Sequence record: MW879341.1
Strand: one strand, 5' to 3'
Source: Erwinia phage pEa_SNUABM_54
Length of the DNA: 40,000 bases
The translations under genes were made by a program, and so were the position numbers. Position 1 is the stretch's first letter, and every line of letters starts with the position of its first letter. Of this stretch, positions 8,966 to 18,103 are shown piece by piece. A model generated the notes under the pieces. That model was not told where the DNA came from. It saw nothing but the letters and a program-made list of their open reading frames with translations, and did no database searches.

Positions 8966-9281
8966 AATCCTTGCGAAGTTAGATGCTGAGTCAGTACCGG
9001 CTGGTAGCGTAGATCCATATGCGTTACACGCTAACGTGTTTGGAACACTGCCTGAAGGAACGCCTTCTTCAGCAGACGACTACAACTGGTTGAAGATTCG
9101 ACTGGCTAACGGTACTACCACGTACATTGGCGAACCGTACATTCTGGCATCAACGTTAACTGTTGTGGATGGGGCTACTGTAGCCTTCTATGTCGACAAT
9201 GCTAACCAAGATGTCATCAATGCGGTGACAGCAGCAATTGCAACCACAGGGAACAAAGTTGCAAAAGTTGTGTTTGTATAG
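8868..9281 (+). CDS. hypothetical protein, possibly virion-associated
   Basis: 137 aa ORF, Ala/Thr/Val rich beta-like sequence. Confidence 0.65.
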   Translation: MDVLGKANLRDTVNFSLYSRTQAIININFNGSKILAKLDAESVPAGSVDPYALHANVFGTLPEGTPSSADDYNWLKIRLANGTTTYIGEPYILASTLTVVDGATVAFYVDNANQDVINAVTAAIATTGNKVAKVVFV

Positions 9282-9367
9282 CTATTATATGAATTACACT
9301 CCGTGTCAGGCTTTCTACGGATGGAGAGTCGGAGTCAGTGGTTCGATTCCTTAAATAGCGCACATTG

Positions 9368-9392
9368 AGGCACTCCTTCGGGAGTGCCTTTT
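9368..9392 (+). terminator. rho-independent terminator followed by TATG
   Basis: AGGCACTCC-TTCG-GGAGTGCCT-TTTATG. Confidence 0.85.
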
Positions 9393-9425
9393 ATGCTGTC
9401 TTTCTTTTTTTACAGACCTTGGTGA

Positions 9426-11582
9426 TTGTATGACGAAGTACAAACTGAGGAATGTAGAAGAATGTTTACACTTGCACGCGAAGAATACACCCGTGACCTG
9501 GATATGGTAAAACACTACCTCCACGACGCGGCCACGTATATGGCTACCGTGAAGGGGTTGCCTTACGACGTCTGTTATGAGCGCATCAAAGAGTCAATTG
9601 CTCCAGGCGGTCAGTTTGAAATGAAAGACCCTCGTGTTCTTTACCTGGCAAAAGAAACCGAAGGGAACCGTGAAGTCTATACCGGTACAATGTCAGACTA
9701 CCTGAAGACGGTGGCTGAGAAACAATGTATTATGTCGGCTACGATGGCGGTGTATCTGAACCCAGCTGAGAAACAATCCATGCTGGCACAATACATCATG
9801 GGGAACTTACAGAAACGTAAGGACGTTAAGAAGAAAATGTTTGAGTGCGATATGAAAGGCGATAAAGCCGGTAAAGCATTCAACAACATCTTGCAGACTA
9901 CTTATAAGGTAAAGAACAACAGTCTGTCAGGTGCACACGCATCAGCTTCCACCCCACTGTTTATTAAGTCAGGTCACTCGACTTTGACCAGTCTGTGTCG
10001 TGGTGCCTCTGGTACAGCAAACGCAGCTAACGAACGTTTCATTACAGGTAACCGTCACTACTACAACTTGGATATCACGCTTTGGAATATTACGAGCATT
10101 ATCGCACACAGCGATTATGACAATATCAAAGTGGCTATGGACGAACACGGTCTAGCCTATCCAACGGTTGAGCAGACTCTGGGTATCATCAAACGTTCTA
10201 CTGACCTCTACTGGCAGACAGAAGAGAAGATGGAAAGCATTATCCGTCTGGTTACGGGTATGACTCCTATCCAGCGTGCTGCCTTCTGCTACACTGGCGA
10301 CTTCTGGCACATGAAAGAGTTCAATGATGCCTTTATGCGTCAGATGATCACTACTCTGATTACTAAGCGCGTCTATGATGTCGAAGATGCCAAGTCTGTA
10401 ATCAAAGCTCTGGATGATGACCAGTTCGCATTGGTTGGTTTGTTCTGTGGTCCTATCTTGAATGGCTCAACCATTTGGGACGTTGTAGGTGAAGGTGGTG
10501 ATCGTCTGCGTTATGTGAGTTCAATCGCACACGGCCTGATGGATAACATCGCGAAGTATGCTTCTATTTATAAAGCATTCTTTGTTACCGCTAACGTACC
10601 TGGTTCTCTGGCAGCATTCCCAACGTCTGTTCGCCGTACTGCTATCGTGTCTGATACAGACTCAACGATCTTTACTGTACAGGACTGGACTACCTGGTTC
10701 TCTGGACAGTTAGACTTCTCAGAACAGTCTACTGACGTTGCATCAATCGTGGTGTACTTTACCTCACAGCTGGTTAAACACTATCTGGCCGTGATGTCTG
10801 GTAACATGGGTATTATCCCAGAGAAAATCCACACTGTATCAATGAAGAACGAATATATGTTCCCGGTCTTCGCATTAACTCCGCGTGCTAAGCACTACTA
10901 CGCATGTATGTCAGCGCGTGAAGGTAACGTATACGTCGAGCACGAAACTGAGATTAAGGGTGTATCCCTGAAGTCTTCTAAAGTACCTGACGAAGTTATG
11001 CGTGGGGCTAACGAACTTATCGAACACATCATGGCAACGATTAAGAACTGTGAAGAGATTGATCTCCAACAGATTCTGAAAGATGTAGCTGATCGTGAGC
11101 GTGAGATCGAACGTAGTATCCGTGCCGGTGAAACTCGTTACCTGACTACAGCACAGGTTAAAGCTCCTGAGTTCTACGCTAAGCCTGAGAGTTCTCCATA
11201 TGGTCACTACGTCATGTGGCAGGACGTATTTGCTGACAAGTACGGTAATACCGAAGCACCTCCGTTCTTCGCAATCAAAGCATCTGTAGCAGCTAACAAC
11301 AAAACGAAGTTCGCTGATTGGATTGCCAGCATTGAAGATCGTGACCTGGCACTGCGTTTAGAAACCTGGTCTCAGAAGTACGGGAAAGAAACCATGACCA
11401 CGATTATGCTTCCAGCAAGCATCGTCCAGTCCGGTGGTGTACCGAAAGAGATCACCGATATCATCGATGTTCGCAAGATTATCTATAACACGATGGAAGC
11501 CTACTATCTGATCTTAGAATCGTTGGGTTACTATATCAACGTAGATGACAGTATTTCAAACCTCATCTCAGATCGCCACTAA
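9426..11582 (+). CDS. divergent family B DNA polymerase, fingers/palm/thumb part
   Basis: Motif B-like 'NILQTTYKVKNNSLSGAHASAS', motif C 'IVSDTDSTIF', thumb-like 'MKNEYMFPVFALTPRAKHYYACMS...IKGVSLKSSKVPD'. TTG start at 9426 or ATG at 9462. Confidence 0.75.
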   Translation: MYDEVQTEECRRMFTLAREEYTRDLDMVKHYLHDAATYMATVKGLPYDVCYERIKESIAPGGQFEMKDPRVLYLAKETEGNREVYTGTMSDYLKTVAEKQCIMSATMAVYLNPAEKQSMLAQYIMGNLQKRKDVKKKMFECDMKGDKAGKAFNNILQTTYKVKNNSLSGAHASASTPLFIKSGHSTLTSLCRGASGTANAANERFITGNRHYYNLDITLWNITSIIAHSDYDNIKVAMDEHGLAYPTVEQTLGIIKRSTDLYWQTEEKMESIIRLVTGMTPIQRAAFCYTGDFWHMKEFNDAFMRQMITTLITKRVYDVEDAKSVIKALDDDQFALVGLFCGPILNGSTIWDVVGEGGDRLRYVSSIAHGLMDNIAKYASIYKAFFVTANVPGSLAAFPTSVRRTAIVSDTDSTIFTVQDWTTWFSGQLDFSEQSTDVASIVVYFTSQLVKHYLAVMSGNMGIIPEKIHTVSMKNEYMFPVFALTPRAKHYYACMSAREGNVYVEHETEIKGVSLKSSKVPDEVMRGANELIEHIMATIKNCEEIDLQQILKDVADREREIERSIRAGETRYLTTAQVKAPEFYAKPESSPYGHYVMWQDVFADKYGNTEAPPFFAIKASVAANNKTKFADWIASIEDRDLALRLETWSQKYGKETMTTIMLPASIVQSGGVPKEITDIIDVRKIIYNTMEAYYLILESLGYYINVDDSISNLISDRH

Positions 11583-11592
11583 CGGCATACAA

Positions 11593-11622
11593 CACTCTCT
11601 ACCCCGCAAAGGGTAGAGAGTG
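11593..11622. terminator. bidirectional terminator between convergent genes
   Basis: CACTCTCTACCC-CGCAAA-GGGTAGAGAGTG, perfect 12-bp stem with T-tract on the plus side. Confidence 0.8.
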
Positions 11623-11626
11623 AGTT

Positions 11627-12721
11627 TTACTTTTGTACGTATGCTGCGACTTGAGTCTCAAAGTCCAACAGTAACGACTTACGAACCGGTTGAGGTGCCG
11701 CATCAAAAAGACGGTCATTCTTGATACGCTGGATAAGTCTCCAGACGTGGTTACGTTCTTGTTGGTTCTGCACGTTGTCAAACTTAGCTGACGCAGAGAG
11801 TGCCAGTGAAGCGTAAGGAACGTAAGCAACCTCTAACACCCATTGGTTCTGGCGATGTACGACAGTATAAGGAAGTTGGACAAAAGCTAACATACTGCTT
11901 TTGGTTGCAGTAGGGATTAGGTCCATTAACTCTTTGTACTCAAACCGGTTAAGCTTGATACTGTCGACAATCTGCCCTACCACGCGGTCTACGCTTGTGT
12001 AGTTGGTGGCAATAGCAATAGGTGTCTGTTTACCCTCACGGGCTACAGGCGTACCGTTCCAAGTATTCAGGATACGGTTAAACCAAGCCAGGGTTGTTTG
12101 ACTAACCAGTAGGTTGGGTAAGACATACTGCGCAATGAACTGTTGGTTACGTTCACGGTTGCCGGTTTCAATATTCAGCTGAGACTTAACCCACCCGTAG
12201 TACTGGACCGCTAATAAAGGAATGTCGATGGCGATAACCACATACCCATCTGGAACATTGGACTGTTTACCGTCTGGTAACGCCATGTCTAAATCTGTCA
12301 GGGTATGTCGAATCACTTTTAGTGCTTCTATATTACGCCAGTCCTTTAACGCTTTCTCAGGGTCGATATCAAAGTCGACACTAACTAACCACTCTTGTCC
12401 GTCAAGGCCGTAGAACCAACCACGTTCACCCTGTGTGGGTTTCTGGTTAGTGGGTGCAATGATACCTGCACCCAGACAAAGGTTTGGAACGAAGTCGGTG
12501 ATAGCGTTAAAGTATTTTCTTACATCGTCGTACAAAGGTATGGAGAAACTGCCGACCAAACGCGAGAGTATGTGCGCAGAGTCCACCGCTTCACCACTGG
12601 CAAACCAATGTCCTTTGAGTCTAGAGATGTTTTCATCCCAGCGACGACGGACAGCTTCGAAGGCTTGATAGTGATATCGTGGTGTGCCATTGGTACGGGG
12701 CGTTTCAAACAAGCTATACAT
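11627..12721 (-). CDS. hypothetical protein
   Basis: 364 aa minus-strand ORF filling the gap between convergent/divergent neighbours; no good plus-strand ORF competes. Confidence 0.8.
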   Translation of the reverse strand: MYSLFETPRTNGTPRYHYQAFEAVRRRWDENISRLKGHWFASGEAVDSAHILSRLVGSFSIPLYDDVRKYFNAITDFVPNLCLGAGIIAPTNQKPTQGERGWFYGLDGQEWLVSVDFDIDPEKALKDWRNIEALKVIRHTLTDLDMALPDGKQSNVPDGYVVIAIDIPLLAVQYYGWVKSQLNIETGNRERNQQFIAQYVLPNLLVSQTTLAWFNRILNTWNGTPVAREGKQTPIAIATNYTSVDRVVGQIVDSIKLNRFEYKELMDLIPTATKSSMLAFVQLPYTVVHRQNQWVLEVAYVPYASLALSASAKFDNVQNQQERNHVWRLIQRIKNDRLFDAAPQPVRKSLLLDFETQVAAYVQK

Positions 12722-12915
12722 GAAACCTCCGAGTTAAGTATTTTTTTACTTTGAATGCTCTATATTATAGAACGAATGACTGCCGCAAGGTGGTCGTCGG
12801 GAAAAGGGTTATATAACGTAGTCTAAAAACTTTACCTGCAAATGACACATTGTATGTAGAGTAATCTACGGTGCCCTTAACCGGGCATAATACCCTATGG
12901 GGTAGTTTCAAGATT

Positions 12916-12940
12916 ATTTCAGATATACATTACCTTTGTG
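12916..12940 (+). promoter_or_regulatory. candidate phage promoter element (copy 2)
   Basis: ATTTCAGATATACATTACCTTTGTG upstream of the capsid-like gene. Confidence 0.6.
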
Positions 12941-12990
12941 ATTAGTAATGGAACTAATCCAAACATTGCAATGTTTAAGGAATCGCAAAG

Positions 12991-15099
12991 ATGGCACTGA
13001 AACGTAACGAGTCAGATAAGGCCGACGGGTCTTCTGGCATGGGGTCATTAGGGGACGCGCTTTTAGAAGCCGCCGCCAAGAAACCAGACAGCGCCGTAGC
13101 TGGCGAATTGTTAGCTGGAGGTGAACGTTCACTGGAGTCGGGTAATGCACAGGTAATTAACCCAGAGCCTGTAGCACAACCAATCCCAGCGGCTACACCA
13201 GTACAACCAGCGCCTACCGCTCGTCCTGTACAACCAGCAGCACCAACCCATAACCACAATTCACAAACTTTCGAAAGCAAGGAACAAAAGATGGAACAAG
13301 TTAACGCATACTACGGTCTGGACGATTCTTACTCTGGCCTGAACCGTACTCTGGGTCTGACCTCTGGCGCTGTAGACGTCAACGAGTTCAAGAAGATCGC
13401 AGAGAGCATCCTGGAAAACGATCCGGCTGCATCTAAAAGCTCTTACGGCAAGCCTTCCTTTATTACTCTGGAAGCTGCTGCCCTGGGTCTGCCGTGCAAC
13501 GCACTGGCGATCGTAATGAACGCACGTAACGGCGCACAGAACGTGCCGCTGGTTTACACCCTGCTGATGGAACCATCAGAGCCGCTGGCACCACGCGAAT
13601 ACAATGTAGGCAACTACACTGTTGAGCTGAAAGCTGTAACTGGCGATATCTACGGTGACGACTTCGCTCGTGCTGTGATGAACCACGTTAAGAAAGTGAC
13701 CAACTCCGATGCCGATCCAATCGACACCGGCGCTAACGTTGTACCGAACGGCCTGAGCCTGAAGGACGACGAAAACGCAACTCACGTTCGCAGCATCCTG
13801 TTCTTCGCATTCGGCGCACTGAACACCGTTTCCGACGTAATGTTCGGTACTCAGAAATTCCTGAGCCTGAAAGTGTCTGGCCAACAGCAGCTGCTGGCTA
13901 ACATCAACTGGTCTGGCAAACAGCTGGAAACTGCTGCGGGTAACCCTATCCGTGCAGACATCGTGCTGACCACCACCAAGCGTGCTCGCTTCGACCGTAA
14001 CCAGACTGCTGCACACGCTGCCGCAACTCGTCCGGTAACTGCGCTGGCTGCGTACATGGACCTGTTCTACGCACCACCGCGTATCGAAGAGAACCCGAAC
14101 CAGCAGCAGTACGGCTACAGCAGCTACGGTATCCCTGCGGATGCTAAAGTAATGTGGTACCCACGTATGGTTATCACTCGCTGCCTGCCACTGGGCAAAG
14201 TGATCAACGTTGGTGAACTGCTGCTGACTCTGGCGACTGCTACCGTTATCGGTACCAAGCACACCTGGATCAACGGCTTCCGTCCGGTGCGTGGTCAGGT
14301 TGGTATCCACGACATCGGTGGTCTGGGTTGGGAACATGAGTTCGTGAAAGGCCAGCTGGCTCCTATCGATTCTCAGGACCCTAAATTCAGCCTGCCTGGT
14401 CTGCTGAGCCAGACTGTTGTAGACAACCTGTTCTACAGCATGGACATCGACGAAGTTGGTGACCTGACCTGGCTGGAAAGCTCACTGCTGGCAATTGCCC
14501 GTGGTGGTGAAGAAGCTGCTGCTGCGAACGATTACATCATCGCCGCTGCAAACGCACTGACCGATAACAAGTTCTCTGAGTGCTACGACGTGACTCAGCC
14601 GATTCTGGTTAACGAAGTCGTGCGCGTACACACTGGCTACTACATGGAAGGTGACCAGAAAGTTGACCTGCGTAACATCGACCACCTGGCAGTCCTGAAC
14701 ATGACCGGTAAGAACGGTTTTGGTCTGGCACAGAAATGGTCTAACGCGCTGGTAGACTACCCGAACAACAACGCACTGTCTCAGCAGGAACGTCAGAACA
14801 TCCTGGGTGAGCTGGCACCGAACGCTGTGATCAACGGCTACGCATCTCGCGTGACCTTCAACTCCGCGTTCCTGTTCGGTCTGGCGTCTGCGATCTCTAA
14901 AGCTGGCACCACTCTGGTTGTCAACGACGATGGCCGTCAGGCTACTCAGGAAGCTCGCGTGACTGCATCTTACGCGTCCTTCGGTCAGGGTAACGTGTAC
15001 ACCACCTCCCTGGTATCTCAAGGTTACGGCAATGGTCAGAACCGTTCTCCGCGTGCTGTACAGACTCCTGTGTCTGGCAACATCTGGGGCAACATCTAA
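12991..15099 (+). CDS. candidate major capsid protein (phiKZ gp120-like)
   Basis: 702 aa, very regular highly-expressed codon usage, own promoter and terminator, Pro/Ala-rich N-terminal region resembling a cleaved prodomain. Assignment by inference. Confidence 0.55.
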   Translation: MALKRNESDKADGSSGMGSLGDALLEAAAKKPDSAVAGELLAGGERSLESGNAQVINPEPVAQPIPAATPVQPAPTARPVQPAAPTHNHNSQTFESKEQKMEQVNAYYGLDDSYSGLNRTLGLTSGAVDVNEFKKIAESILENDPAASKSSYGKPSFITLEAAALGLPCNALAIVMNARNGAQNVPLVYTLLMEPSEPLAPREYNVGNYTVELKAVTGDIYGDDFARAVMNHVKKVTNSDADPIDTGANVVPNGLSLKDDENATHVRSILFFAFGALNTVSDVMFGTQKFLSLKVSGQQQLLANINWSGKQLETAAGNPIRADIVLTTTKRARFDRNQTAAHAAATRPVTALAAYMDLFYAPPRIEENPNQQQYGYSSYGIPADAKVMWYPRMVITRCLPLGKVINVGELLLTLATATVIGTKHTWINGFRPVRGQVGIHDIGGLGWEHEFVKGQLAPIDSQDPKFSLPGLLSQTVVDNLFYSMDIDEVGDLTWLESSLLAIARGGEEAAAANDYIIAAANALTDNKFSECYDVTQPILVNEVVRVHTGYYMEGDQKVDLRNIDHLAVLNMTGKNGFGLAQKWSNALVDYPNNNALSQQERQNILGELAPNAVINGYASRVTFNSAFLFGLASAISKAGTTLVVNDDGRQATQEARVTASYASFGQGNVYTTSLVSQGYGNGQNRSPRAVQTPVSGNIWGNI

Positions 15100-15125
15100 C
15101 TGTTGTTGAGCAGTAAGTGATTTGA

Positions 15126-15145
15126 GGGGAGCTTCGGCTCCCCTT
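15126..15145 (+). terminator. hairpin terminator followed by TTATG
   Basis: GGGGAGC-TTCG-GCTCCCC-TTATG. Confidence 0.75.
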
Positions 15146-15183
15146 ATGTCCCTGTTTCTATTTTTGTAGTGGAGTGTAGACAG

Positions 15184-16503
15184 ATGCGAGTAACGGGCAT
15201 AACGGCCATGATCGATCTGAACGATCTACCTATCGAATACGGTATCTGCCAAGAGCTGACTGACTTCGATCGTGAGATTGCAGTATTGACATGTTCACCA
15301 ACCATTGTAAATGACATAGACTCTTCAACTTTAGAGGGAAAGGAGAAGCTCAATAGTCTACTGATCACGAATTACAAAGGTGATGCTCTACCTATCTTAC
15401 CAACATGTGACTGCGGTAAATACCAAGGTGAACAGTACGTTGGTACGGTATGTGAAGAGTGTAACTTTATGGTTACTTCACCCACTGAGAAACCCATTGA
15501 ATCGAATGTTTGGATTGCAGCACCAGAAGGCGTACTGGGGTTAATTAACCCGGCGTTCTGGGCGATGTTCTCTAAACTACTGACAGTGAACAACACCAAC
15601 ATCTTAGAGTGGTGTGTAAACTCCAGTTATCGTGCTCCAGTGGAAAACCTGCAAGTCTTCGATATCCTGTCCAACTACATCATGCGCGATGGGCAACGAT
15701 TCAAGCGTGGTCTGAATAATTTCATCGATAACTTCGATGGGATCATTGAATTGTTAACTGATGGTAAGACCCTCCGAAACATCGCACCTGCTATGCGCGT
15801 TAAGATGCGTGAGTTCTGTGTGATGAACCGTGGGCGTATTTTCTGTCAGTATCTACCAATCCCCAACAAGCTGGCAATCGTCATGGAGCATACCCCAACA
15901 GGTACATACTCCAACGAAACTGCCGGTGGTACCGCACTGGATGCTGTGCGTAGTATCGCCAGTATTTATGCAACGGCATTACCCGTAACTGCTACTAAGA
16001 AAGAAAACCGCTGCGTATTAGCAACAAAGCAACTAGCGGGCTATTTCTCAGTACAGTTCACTACCTCGTTAGGTACGAAGAAAGGATGGAACCGTAAACA
16101 CGGCGTAGGTACACGACAGGACTTTAGTTTCCGTTGTGTTATCGCCAGTATCACCGAGCCACACTACTATGAAGAATGTCATCTTCCATGGGGTGTAGCA
16201 GTTGGTATCTTTACGGTACACTTGTCTAACTTCTTCCTGAAGCAGGGATTGGCACCGAATGAGATCGAACGTCGTCTACATTTTGCGGTAACGCATTATG
16301 ACGAAGAGATCGACGGAATGTTCAAGAAGATCATTGCTGACTCAGATGGACTGGGTCCAGCTATCATCCTGAACCGTAACCCAACCCTGTCCAGTAAGTC
16401 GATTCAGTTGCTGCAAATCACCAAAGTCAAGACGGATGTCAAAGACGTTACTCTTGGTATCTCTGTATTGATTCTTAATAGTTTCAATGCCGACTTTGAC
16501 GGT
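15184..16503 (+). CDS. phage RNA polymerase beta' subunit N-terminal part, exon 1
   Basis: Zinc ribbon 'CDCGKYQGEQYVGTVCEECN', 'LNRNPTLSSKSIQ', and 'SFNADFDG' running into the intron. ORF continues in frame to 16560 as intron readthrough. Confidence 0.85.
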
Positions 16504-17854
16504 AGAGCGTTGCCGTCGTTAAACGCTTCTAATTGCTGGGAACTCTTGAAGGTAGCCTAACCACAACGCAATCCGTAAAGGATAATCGTGACGGTTTGAA
16601 AATAGGCTATTATGAGACAATCAGCAGCGAAGTCCTTCTTGTATTACCAGCTGGGTAGGATACTCGGTGAGAGGGATGTGCTCAACGGCCATCGAAAGCA
16701 CGCAGACGCAATGTCTGTGGAAGCAAGTAGAGTAGGGGAAACCCGAAACGAAGTGACATGGATGTAAGATATGGTCTAAAGTACGGTGACGTGCGTTGGT
16801 GATGTCTGGAAGCATCACCGAAGTCGAAAGACTAAGCTACCAACATGTTCTATGGAGACACTATGGAGTTAAGAACCATACCCGGTACAGCTGGGTATTC
16901 AGCTTCGCGAGACGGTCGGATATTCAACCCTGACGGTATTCAGCGAACTGAATACACTAACGGGGATGGGTACCTTACCGCATCCGTGAAGTTAACAGAT
17001 GGTCGATGGCAAACCTTCGGCATACATCGGTTAGTAGCACTAGCATGGATAGAATGTCCGGGTAATCCAGACGACTATACCGTCAATCACATCGATACCG
17101 ATATCACTAATAATGACGTCGATAATCTGGAGTGGGTAACGGCTCAGGTTAATAACCTACATGCGAGTTTAATGCGGTTAGTTGTGGATAGACCAACAAT
17201 CTACATGCTCGACGTCGACGGAAGTTATAGCTTCATCGATAACTTGCATATGGCAGCACAAGTGTTGTCAGTGGATGTTGGATTGGCTTGGGATATGGTA
17301 CGTGATGGAATTGAAGTGAATGGGGCTAAGTTATTCCCAATCACTAATCACACCGTTCTACCCGACCAACTGAGAAAACCATCAATAGGTAGTGGTGTAG
17401 ACGCCATACTGGTGGAAGTTCCGGTTAAAGTCAAATCTATCAGCACAGGGTGCGTTCTGAACTTTAAATCAATGGGAGCGGCAGCAACGCACTTTGGTGT
17501 ATCTGCTAGCCACATCTATCAGGCAATCTGCAAAGATAGGGTTCGTGTGTTCAAACGCGACTACGTCGTTGTTAAGTCTGAGGATGAATTCCCAGAAGTG
17601 GATGATGCGACAAAAGAGAAAAGTCTGGCAGCTGTGGGTAAGGCTACTTGGGGATGGAACAGTGTCAGTAAAGTACTGTATGTAACCGATAGCGCTAGCC
17701 AACTTATAAAGCTAACTGGCCTCAGTAAGAAAGCGGTAACAACGCGACTCAAACGCGACGGTTATGGCGAATTGGGTGATTGGATATTTTCATATGAAGA
17801 TCAGTCCAGTCGAATCTTAGAAAGAATAAAGGGTTCCAGCCCTTCTTGATAATG
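16504..17854 (+). mobile_element. group I intron (3' boundary uncertain) carrying an HNH homing endonuclease ORF
   Basis: P1: exon GACGGT (16498-16503) pairs with GCCGTC (16512-16517), U.G at the splice site; P7-S-like AAGATATGGTCT (16766-16777); P9-like GGTGATG...CATCACC (16798-16819), AGTC-GAAA-GACT (16822-16833), GTTGGT/ACCAAC (16795-16800/16839-16844). Confidence 0.8.
16845..17849 (+). CDS. NUMOD4 + HNH homing endonuclease
   Basis: 'MELRTIPGTAGYSASRDGRIFNPDG' (NUMOD4-like), 'VNHIDTDITNNDVDNLEWVT' (HNH), NUMOD1-like 'VLNFKSMGAAATHFGVSASHIYQAI'. Natural start may be ATG 16863. Confidence 0.9.
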   Translation: MFYGDTMELRTIPGTAGYSASRDGRIFNPDGIQRTEYTNGDGYLTASVKLTDGRWQTFGIHRLVALAWIECPGNPDDYTVNHIDTDITNNDVDNLEWVTAQVNNLHASLMRLVVDRPTIYMLDVDGSYSFIDNLHMAAQVLSVDVGLAWDMVRDGIEVNGAKLFPITNHTVLPDQLRKPSIGSGVDAILVEVPVKVKSISTGCVLNFKSMGAAATHFGVSASHIYQAICKDRVRVFKRDYVVVKSEDEFPEVDDATKEKSLAAVGKATWGWNSVSKVLYVTDSASQLIKLTGLSKKAVTTRLKRDGYGELGDWIFSYEDQSSRILERIKGSSPS

Positions 17855-17855
17855 A

Positions 17856-18053
17856 ACAATGTTGGTAGTACATATTCAGGACGCTCTCAATGCGAAACTG
17901 ATTACTGACCGGTACATGCGTCGTATGTTGGAACCACTCCGTCCACACGTAGGTGTATTGGATGTAGGTGGTCCGCGTAAGATCTCAGGCAACATCGCAT
18001 TGCCAGCACCAGTATTAGCAACAGCTGCTAACTGGTTGTACGGCGACGACTAA
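17856..18053 (+). CDS. phage RNA polymerase beta' N-terminal part, exon 2 (frame of LVVHIQDAL...)
   Basis: 'TMLVVHIQDALNAKL' matches the segment expected right after NADFDGD (E. coli [20 protein letters not shown]). Confidence 0.7.
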   Translation, partial: TMLVVHIQDALNAKLITDRYMRRMLEPLRPHVGVLDVGGPRKISGNIALPAPVLATAANWLYGDD

Positions 18054-18059
18054 AACTCA

Positions 18060-18083
18060 GGCAGGAGGAAACTCCTGCCTTTT
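18060..18083 (+). terminator. rho-independent terminator followed by TATG
   Basis: GGCAGGAG-GAAA-CTCCTGCC-TTTTATG. Confidence 0.85.
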
Positions 18084-18103
18084 ATGCGCTAAGGAATGAA
18101 AGA

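Noticed and set aside
9293-9358. tRNA-like segment containing GGTTCGATTCC (T-loop consensus) near 9342
   Set aside because: No matching acceptor stem, T-stem poorly paired, no clear D-arm or CCA; at most a degenerate fragment. tRNAscan-SE would be decisive.
13576-15021. Long antisense ORFs (253 aa and 179 aa) opposite the capsid-like gene
   Set aside because: They mirror strongly biased codon usage of the sense gene; sense protein is convincing and antisense sequences are low-complexity Val/Gln/Asp.
16504-16560. Continuation of the beta' ORF as RALPSLNASNCWELLKVA
   Set aside because: This is intron readthrough (contains the P1 loop and guide sequence), not conserved RNAP sequence.
16863-17849. 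Intein rather than intron in beta'
   Set aside because: No intein N-terminal Cys/Ser block or C-terminal HN-C/S/T; stop codons separate the ORFs; RNA-level P1/P7/P9 elements support an intron.
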